Assembly: GCF_009914755.1 (NCBI RefSeq)
Contig: NC_060928.1
From: the human T2T-CHM13v2.0 reference genome, Homo sapiens
Strand: one strand, 5' to 3'
Length of the DNA stretch: 64,000 bases
Shown: positions 53,756 to 64,000 of the stretch, piece by piece
Position numbering within the stretch: position 1 is the first letter of the stretch
Layout: every line of letters starts with the position of its first letter
Made by a program: the position numbers and the translations under genes
The notes under the pieces: model-generated
Database searches by the model: none
Told to the model about the DNA's origin: nothing
Seen by the model: the letters and a program-made list of their open reading frames with translations, nothing else

Positions 53756-55156
53756 ATTTTTTTTGTTACTTTTATTTCAGGTTCAGGGATACAAGTGCAG
53801 ATTTGTTATACAGGTAAACTTGTGTCATGGGGTTAGTCGTACAGATTATTTCATCACCCAGATACTAAGCCTAGTAACCAATAGTTATTTTTTCTGATCC
53901 TCTCCCTCCTCCCAACCTCACCCTCAAGTAGGCCCCAGTGTCTGCTGTTACCCTCTTTGGGTCAATGTGTTCTCATCATTTACCTCCCACTTATAAGTGA
54001 GAACATGTGGTATTTGATTTTCTGTTCTTGTGTTAGTTTGCTAAGGAGAATGGCCTCCAATTCCAACCATGTTCTTGCAAAAGACGTATTCTCATCCTTT
54101 TTTATGGCTGCATAGTTTTTCATGGTGTGCAAGTACCACATTTTCTTTATCCACTCTGTCATTGGTGGGCATTTAGATTGATTTCATGTCTTTGCTATTG
54201 TGAAAAATGCTGCAATGAACATCCACATGCATGTGTCTTTAGGGTAGAATAATTTATACTCCTTTAGCTAATGGGATCACTGGGTTGAATGGTAGTTCTG
54301 TTTTTAGCCCTTTGAGGAATTGTCACACTGTGTTCCACAGCGGATGAACTGATATACACCCCCACCAGAAGTGTATAAGTGTTACCTTTTCTCTACAGCC
54401 TCACCAGCATCCGTTATTTTTTAACTTTCTGAAAATAGTCATTCTGACTGGTGTGAGATGGCATCTCATTGAGGTTTTGTTTTGTGTTTATCTAACGGCC
54501 AGTGATAGTAAGCTTTTTTTTTTTTTTTTGTATGCTTCTTGGCCGCATGTCTGTTTTCTTCTGAAAAGTGTCTGTTCGTGTCATTTGTCCACTTTTTAAT
54601 GTGGTAGTTTTTCTCTTGTAAACTCATTTATAAGTTCCTTATGGATGCTGAGTATTAGACTTTTGTCAAATGCGTCATTTGCAAATATTATCTCCCATCT
54701 TATAGGTTGTCTGTTTATTCTGTTGATAGTTTCTTTTGCTGTGCAGAAGCTCTTAAGTTTAATTAGATTATACTTGTCAATTTTTTTTTTATTACTGTAG
54801 CTCTGTAGTACAGTTTGAAGTTGGGTAACATGATGCCTGCAGCTTGGTTTTTGTTTTGTTTTGTTTTGTTTTTTTGCTTAGGATTGCCTTGGCTATTTGG
54901 GCTCTTTTTGGTTCCATGTAAATTAAAAAAAAATTTTTTTCTAGTTCTCTGAAGGATGTCATTGGTAGTTTTATAGGAATAGTATTGAATCTGTTAATTG
55001 TTTTTGGGATAATGGCCATTTTAATGATATTGATTTTTCCTATCCATGAGCATGGAATATTTTTCCATTTGTTTGTGTCATCTCTAATTCCTTTGCATAG
55101 TGTTTTGTAATTTCATTGTAGAAATATTTCACCTCCCTGGTTTAGCTGAATTTCTA
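53756..55156 (-). mobile_element. L1PA13-15-like 3' UTR plus ORF2 C-terminal fragment with an internal deletion near 54790
   Basis: caggttcagggatacaagtgcagatttgttatacaggtaaacttgtgtcatgggg. ORF relics read WIKKMWYLHTMKNYAAIKKDE...KYHMFSLISG and [18 protein letters not shown]...AKAILSKK. Confidence 0.93.
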
Positions 55157-56343
55157 ATTGCACAATCTGAGATAGAAATGATTTTAGTCCTTATCCTCAG
55201 TGCATTTGAAAAAGCACCCATTGACTTTTTTGTTATACTTTCTGGACTCAAATATCTTTTGTAATTATGTTTCTTGAGAGTATTTTTCACATTATCTTAT
55301 CAAGCTCCTACACATACCAATATTCCCAATTTTCATAATATACATTTTCATAAATATCTTACATTAATATTAACCTAGTGTGTCTCACTGTGCTCTTATT
55401 CTGTGGACCCAAGTTTTTATTATCTGACACATTTCCACTTGTTTCTACATTCTACAGGGTACAAGTTCTTATTTTTAAAATTAAGGCTACTTGAAATTTT
55501 TATGATCTTCTACTATTCTATGTCCAGGGCTGTGCTTTTCTATCTATGGTAGAACTTTCACTTTCTCTCTTGACCCTGGGTTCAACAGTTCCTTCTGAAC
55601 TTCTTGGGAAATTTTGACAAATACTTCAGTAAAACAAAATATGAAAATACATATCATCATTTCCATAGCCAAATTAAATTTTTAATTTTTTCTACATAGT
55701 AGCTAAAAATAGGTCTGTATAATATCAGTATCATGTCTCATTCTTTCATATTTCTCCTATTGTTAAGTTTCACTCTATCAGTGAATAATAACTGGCTCTA
55801 TTTTATTTTAATTCTTATGTGCTAACTACTTCTATTTTCCTGATACCTTGACTTTTAGTTTATTTGGAAGAACTTGTTCTCTACTGTGAACAAAAATTAT
55901 ATGTGATAGATTTACTTTGAAAATGTTAACCGGATATTATACTTTTGTTAAATAAATTTTATGATATACTTTGAAGATTGATGATAAATAATTCAAATGC
56001 CTCTAATTTTCTCAATTTTCTCACATAAATGGAGCTAGTTTTTCAGGTTATGTAATATATGGAAAGCATTTTTTAACACTTTCCACAATGCAGGCACTCA
56101 AGAAGTGTTAAATATAATCATTGAATGAACTAGTCTTTGGTTTACAAAAATGAGCAACCATTACCCTTTTCAACAAACATGTTTTAAGTGTGCAATGATA
56201 GCAAGACATTGAGACATTGGGAAGGTGATACACTAAGTGTTCAGAGTTTGTAATATAATCCATACAAAAGGCAAGGAGTGATTCAAGGTGCAGACTCTAT
56301 TTGTTTCTTATTTAGTGTCTCTATAGACTTTCATTTTGTTATT

Positions 56344-56763
56344 TGTATTAGGCCGTTCTTGTGTTGCTATGAAGAAAGGCTGGGTAATTTACAAAGAAAA
56401 GAGGTTTAATTGGCTTACGGATGTGAAGGCTATGCAGAAAGCATAGCACCAGGCATCTGCTTGGCTTCTGATGAGGCCTCAGGAAGCTTAGGACCATGGC
56501 AGAAGGCAAAGGCAGAAATGGCATGTCACATGACCAAAGCAGGCACAAAAGAGAGAGAGGGTGTATGTTGAAGAGGGTGTATGTTGAGGGGGAGGTGTCA
56601 CATACTTTTAAATGACCAAATCTCACGAGAACTCACTATCGTGAAGACAACACCAACTCATGAAGGATCTGCCCTCAGTATTCAAACATCTCCCACCAGG
56701 GACCCTTGCAGCACTGGGCGTTTCAATTCAACATGAGATTTGGGTGGAAACAAAACTATATCA
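56344..56763 (-). mobile_element. MSTA/MSTB solo LTR
   Basis: tgtattaggccgttcttgtgttgctat...gaggcctcaggaagctt...caacatgagatttgggtgg...tatatca with a perfect TSD ttatt. Confidence 0.93.
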
Positions 56764-56989
56764 TTATTTAACTTACGCACACTAACCATTGTTCTTCATC
56801 AGATATGCTAAAGAATCCAGACTTGTGATATTTTTTCCACGTAGACATCAAGACCTAAACCCACTGCCAGCCGATGTCTACTATATATTCCAGACCATGA
56901 ATTCCACGCCATTTTTTTCTGATAGCTTTGTAGTGAATTTTGATTCCTATGAAATCAAGAAAAGGAAAAATCTGAATCTCTTTTCATTG

Positions 56990-57360
56990 AGGATAATCGC
57001 CTCCTCCTGAGGCATTCGTGATCCTCCATCTGGGGGATTTGTGGTGATCCATGTGAGAGGCAGGCAGGAAGTGCAAAAAAAGCTGTGTTCCCAGGGGTAG
57101 CTGTCAGCCAATGTGAAGTGAGAGTAAGAGGATACATATATGTCTGCTTTCTTATCCCTTTCTTGAGACCAATTCTGAGCCAGGTTCGACATAATCTCCC
57201 AGGTCTTGCAGGATGACATTGCTAGTTGTTCATGGTAATAACTGGATCGATAACACCCTTTTGTCATTTTTCGAACTTCTCTATTTTACCTCCCACATAG
57301 ATTCCTGGAACTCAAATCCTTGCTTATGGTTTGCTTCTGGGAGGTGCCCAGGCCAAGGTA
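56990..57360 (+). mobile_element. LTR16-like ERVL LTR
   Basis: gcaggcaggaagtgc...tcagccaatg...ctagttgttcatggtaataactgg...actcaaatccttgcttatggtttgcttctgggagg. Confidence 0.55.
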
Positions 57361-57744
57361 ATTAATACTAAATTGGTATATAGTAGAGACACTGTGATTT
57401 CTGGGCAGCACTGAAGTGGCTCTGTTGCAGTTAAAGAATATGACTTTATAATGGCATCGATTTGTAAAGACACATTGAAGAATTTTCATTTTAAATTTGA
57501 TGTCAATAGCTAAACTGAGTAGTATATTTTTTGTGTTCACGTGTCTCTTATGTGATTATAAACCTTCCCTTTATATTTTAGGTGAGATTAACTCAAATAT
57601 TATTAACTGAGATGCTATTTGTAAAAGGCCAATCAAAAATTTTAACAATTATAGAAATATACACTTAAAACATTTATGCTCTATTATTTTATGATTATGG
57701 TTAGCTTATTTCCTTCTTATGCCAACTTAGAAAATGCATGTATT

Positions 57745-58118
<374 letters not shown>

Positions 58119-58699
58119 TTATTTTTTTGCATTTTACATTTAAATGTTATACACTGATTTACTATGTGGTCTTAAATTCATTTTTGCTTTTAGAAGTTGA
58201 GCTACATATATTGTTCAAATTTAAAAAGTTAATTTTTTTCAACATTTCAACGATGCATTGTGGCAAATTAAAATTTTGCAGAAATGTATGTATTCTTGGA
58301 TGAGACAGAAAAATATTGTGGAGGCTGCTTCTCTGAAAAATTAAATTTAAAATCAATTTTAAAATATTTTATTGGTTATGTGGCCTTACGACCAGTTAAC
58401 CTGATTGTTCTTCATTATGGTGCTGTCTGAATTGACTTTTACTTTAGAATGATCTAATTCTACATATTTACATGATTAAAAAAAACCTCATAAACAGTGC
58501 ATTCTGAATTAAATTTTTGAGTGTAAGTGTTGCATGCTAAGTACAATTTGTTGAGTAATAAATCAAAACGTTGAGTCTGGAAGTATTATGATGCCAGTGT
58601 GGGGTCCAGTAGATTTATATCTGAATCATTGCCAGGTGCCAAAAATTGCCTCTCACATAAAGTTGATTATTCCAAAATATCTAATTTTATTCTTGATTG

Positions 58700-59511
58700 A
58701 TTTCTTTCTGTTACCTCCATGCCCCATCCATTAGCAGATTCCAATGACTGTATATCCCAAGTGTATCGTGAATCTGTTTACCTATTTCCATTGCAGGTTC
58801 TACCCTCCTAGTGAGAATTACAGTCTTCTTCTGATAAGACAATAGCTTCACAATTTTTCATATTGCCTTTATCAATCATCTATTCTCTATTCATGTATTC
58901 TCTATAGAGCAGTTTGAATGTCACCTTTTCAAAGTCTTCAGTGGATTTTTATCACACTTAGACGCAAATGCAATGGCCTTCCCTCAGATTACAACGCCTT
59001 AAATGATCTGTTCCATCCTGACCTGGGCAATCTTTTCTTGTACTTCTCTTGGGCTTACCTATTACATGCCAGTCACTTCGTTTTTCTTGCTATTCTGTGA
59101 ATTCACCTTGTTTGTTTCTGCCTTAAAGCCTTTCCTCCTGGTATTTCCTCTTCCTGTAATGTTTTTTTCTTTTCTTGACATACATCATCTGTCTTACCAT
59201 TCAGATATCAAATGCTACCTCCTAAAACAAGATTTATTTCTTGACCTCTGAATCCAAAGTAGCCACCAAAGTAGTCACTCTCTAATATATCACCTAATTT
59301 TGTTGTCCTGTGTATTACTTATTATCACATGATAATTTTCTTATTACTTGTTTAATAGGTTTTTTTTTTGTTTCTATTCACCAACCAGAATATGCTACGC
59401 TCCATGAAGGAAGGGAACTAGCCTGTCTTCCTCATTATTGTGCTGTCAGTGTCTAAAACCATGTGTAAATTAGGGAAGAAAGTCAGTACAAATACTGAGA
59501 GTAAAGTAAAT
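58700..59511 (+). mobile_element. L2a 3' region
   Basis: ttcaaagtcttcagtggatttttatcacacttag...tcagatatcaaatgctacctcc...ctccatgaaggaagggaact...cagtgtctaaaacca. Confidence 0.75.
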
Positions 59512-61064
59512 ACAGTTTAAAACTGCTTCCTTTTTGTGCATAAATATGGATATTTTCCAGTATATTTTATGTAATTAAAGTCTAATAAAATATGAGAGTT
59601 GAAATATGAACATGCTTCCATGGGAATAGTTTAAAATATCTCAGATTTAAACAACATAAAGCATAATAAAGACTTTGCTATTACCATGCGTTTTAAAAGG
59701 CAGATTACATCTTGGATTTGTATAAATGTGTTACTTAAGAATCTTCAGCTCTTAAGGAAACATTATTGAAAAGTACAGAATTTTAAAAAAATAATTAGAA
59801 ACAACTGCTGTTCCCCCATTGCTTTTAATCTTAAAGATTCTTTATCGTTGTCCCTTGGGAAAAAAAGTTTGTATTTTCAGACATAAAAGAACTTTCAAAG
59901 CATCATTTTTTTTCATCTGTTATAGTATTAAGGTAGGTTTCGCTTGATTTGAAAAGTCACAGTGCTGTTCTTCTACTTATTAATAATATTTAGATTATCA
60001 AGGCATCTGCTCAAGCAACAGAATTCTCAAAATACTCACTAGTAGCCCTGAGTCCATTAGCATTTTTTCGATGACATGAGCAAGTTCCAGTCACTGACAA
60101 GTAGAATTATGATTCCATCAGAGAGTAGATGTGTTGACAGTGTTGTTAGCAGGGTTCAGAAACAGGACATTGTCCAAGGAAGTGCTCCATTTTGAAAATG
60201 CCCCTCTTCTATAAGGAAATCCTAGAGTTGATGTACAGTGTGTAGATAATGAAAAAAAATCTCTCCAAATTATAGGTCAGAAGTGTAGTTCAAGGTATAA
60301 AAGGAAACATGCCCTTGACAGCTATTTCTAATTTAGAAGGACGTCTTTTCAGAACAAGCAACAATTTAAAGAAACCATAATATTTTATTAGTGAAAACAT
60401 TTGGACAATATGTAGGCAAGTAGCTAATACTGGTAAAGATTGGTGATATTTTAATTTTATTATTTTAAGTAATTAAATTATACTTTGTGGAGTTCAAAGC
60501 ACAATTGAGTGGTTGTAGCCAAAAATATTTCTAGCATTTAATTCACATGAATTTTGGGATCATCCCACTGTTGTGAGAGCAAGAGAAGTGTATGATTACA
60601 GAAGGATTCAGCCCACTAATTGGTATTTATGAATGCTTTATGATTCAAAATGATAAACCATCTGTGAAATTCAACAATTCAGAACACTTATAAATGTTTT
60701 TTTCTTCCTTGTGACACGAGCTTTTGGTAGATGCTTTCTATTAGTCGTGATTTTACTCTCAGGCTTCCTGTTTGTTCAGTTTTTCGCAGCTCCATTCGGG
60801 GATGGAGACAAGCTGTATGATTTATCTAAAAGTCAATTTGCAACCTTACCCATGAGCATCCTCTACCTACACATATACATATACACAAACTCCCTTACAC
60901 ACCCATGTCTGTGGTAGAATATTACCATTGGGAGACAGGATATCGAATAGCAATTTCCTGAAATAATTATAATTTGCCCAAACTATAGATGCAAATAGGA
61001 AACGTAGATCACTACTATTCACATTTGAAGATTGAGATTTCAAATACAGAAGGGACCACAATAG

Positions 61065-61629
<565 letters not shown>

Positions 61630-62199
61630 TAGCTCTCTCTTAGAAATATAATTATCCACCTGGAATTGTGAAGTAAATGAATATGTGTGTATGTATGTAT
61701 GTGTGTGTGTAAATATGAATGTTTAAGATATACATACCATGGCAAATTTTGATTTAATCTACTCTTATTCATTGCAACCTGTATACCCCTTGTCAGACTC
61801 ACCACTTTTTAGTGTCTGATTCAGATGCTTTACACTTTTTAGTTTTAATACGAGGATAAACAATGTTAGTCAAATAGATACAGATATAGAAAACAGAAAT
61901 ACAAAGTCTCTGTGAGTGAGAGTCAGATACATAAGTGTGCGATAAGAACAAAAGAATACAAAGACTTCAGATGAGCAAATATAAACTATGTTACCTAAAG
62001 ATAATTCAGCAGACTATGCTCCTATACACATTTGCACAGTTTGTGCTAGTCCCACCCCCACCCCCACCTCAAATACTAATTATTTTCACTTCTTCCATTT
62101 TTTTTATTGTATACAAAAATGGTCAACCAAATGTGTGGTTTCATGATCTGTGTAGTGTTAAAAAAATATGTGAAGGGTGATAGGGAAACCCTGCTTATC

Positions 62200-62330
62200 T
62201 TTTTGACATTTTACTCTCACCTATTTATACTCTTGACGAAACTGAGTGTCAGAGAGGTAAAAATATTTACCCAAAGTTATACAACTTGTAAATGGCAAAG
62301 CCAGAATTTCCTCCAGTCCTTTTATGTCAC
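62200..62330 (-). mobile_element. MIR core
   Basis: gaaactgagtgtcagagaggtaaaaatatttacccaaagttatacaacttgtaaatggcaaagccagaattt. Confidence 0.75.
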
Positions 62331-63714
62331 CACAGAGGATCCCTGCTCCCCACTGATCACATGGTAGAAACTTGATAAACATCTGTTAGTTTACATGAAG
62401 ATAGAGGAGACATAAAAGTGGTTTCATCTACTTGTGAAATAATGTTTACATGTAGCTATCCCTAAATAATTTTGCTAAAAAATGTTAACATGTAGCTATT
62501 ACCTTTTGTGAAGGAAATCACAGTGATATCTTTCAAATATTGTATTATAAATCTTAAGGGAAGAGGCAATACACATTAACATCCTCATCTTTCAGATGGC
62601 TAAGCTGAAGCATCTTTCTCAAGGGCAATCTAATTGCCTCTCCAAGATAAGCTGCTGAGCCTGGGACTTTCACTGTTGTTGTCTAAGCTGGGTCTCTTCT
62701 ATGCCACTTTCAGTGCTGTTTTATGTACTGTGAATCTATAGCCTGATTTTCTATTTACTAGGTTCATATAAAATCAATATTTATTTTATGTAGCGCCCTG
62801 TACTTCAAAAGATCCAAGGTCAATCAATATGTAGGATTCATTCCGTAAGAAGAGTAATTAGATAGCCCCTCAAACATTGCAGTTACTGCAAATTTGAAAG
62901 CTGTAAGTTGTCTGAATCAAAGGAAAAGTCACCTAGCTTATACTAGCACCTTTCTGAAATACAACGAAAGATGCTTTTATGTATGGCTAAACAGTGGCAA
63001 TAAAGAAAAACAGAGTTGCTGAAAAGATCCCAGTTTTGACTTTGTTTTTTTTTTTAATGTGATTCTAGGTGAACAGAAAATATAAACAAAGAATATCTAA
63101 AATAATCACTCAAAATTACTTGAGATAACCAATGGATGTAATGTCAAAGGTTGTTGGAAGTGAAGTTGTGAAATAGAATGTTAATTTTTATTTAGCTTTT
63201 TGAATGTAGGATTCTTAGAATATAATTTGATAAAGCTAATATTTACATTGACAAATGAACCGAGGGATCATTAATGCATTTTGTAAGGAATACATCTGAG
63301 AACAGATAAGACATTACAATAATAACTGACTCAAATTGAGGGAATTACTAAAGAAATTGTAGCCTTGGCATGAAGCAGATGACACACTGAGGATATCACT
63401 GCTTCATACTCTAAGACAAATATTTCAGCTTCTACCCTTGGAGGGATACAGCCCTTCCTTCATTGGTTTCATATTTTCCTGAACAAACTACCATCAGATT
63501 ATCAGCCTCTGATCTAGTCCTTCTACCTTGTCAGCTGCAAAGATATTTCCTTTCTAACATCTGCCCCTCTGGATCTCTAGAACTTGACATTGCCCGTGTT
63601 CTATGTTTTACTTCCTAACCCTTTCTTTTCTGATTTCCTGTATATGTATTCCTTGCATTTATATTCTGAAATCAGAAATTGTAATTTCTAATTTCTAAGG
63701 ATTTACAACATTTT

Positions 63715-63981
63715 CTTCAAAATCATGTGATCCAACCATTTTTTGGGATTCCATGTTTTCAGATTTTAGAAAGGCTATAGGATATATAGGCTATTAGTAT
63801 TGAAATCAAACAAATTATATATAGAAAAGTAGGATTATATGAGTAGAATGAATAAAGAATGGTAAGTAGCCCCAAGTCAATTCAGGTCAAGTTTTGCTGA
63901 CAACTGACAACTTAGTTCAGATCAGGTTTGTTCTCAAACGTTTTTGGATTTTAAGTGGAAATAACAGATGATGAGTGTCTG
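63715..63981. mobile_element. MER46C-like (TcMar-Tigger) fragment
   Basis: ttcagattttagaaagg...aatcaaaca...aataaaga...tcaattcaggtcaagttttgctg...tttttggattt. Confidence 0.6.
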
Positions 63982-64000
63982 AATAAATGGCTATACAATG

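Noticed and set aside
56557-56588. 16-bp tandem duplication agagggtgtatgttga in the MST LTR
   Set aside because: Ordinary slippage in the purine-rich LTR segment.

Overview
This is AT-rich primate genomic DNA, almost certainly human given an AluYg6-like element. It is intergenic or deep-intronic and dominated by interspersed repeats: Alu, L1, L2, MIR, L3, MaLR/ERVL/ERV1 LTRs and hAT/Tigger/MULE DNA transposon fossils. I see no intact protein-coding gene, and nearly all ORF-track entries are repeat-derived or microsatellite artefacts. Two retrocopies are present: a 5'-half prohibitin (PHB1) processed pseudogene (~10883-11302) and a 7SK snRNA pseudogene (25526-25705). The most unusual structures are (i) an internal micro-inversion plus deletion inside the 7SK copy, (ii) a ~130-bp-arm inverted duplication with a nested hairpin at 10081-10597, (iii) a Ricksha-type MULE fossil with a decayed FLYWCH-like zinc-finger frame and a captured ERVL 3' end/MLT2 LTR, (iv) several chimeric deletion junctions, (v) young long-tailed AluY copies and (vi) local tandem duplications. 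I cannot support a new functional biological system from this sequence; the findings are mostly evolutionary or mutational fossils. Repeat subfamily names come from recalled consensus motifs, not from a database search.
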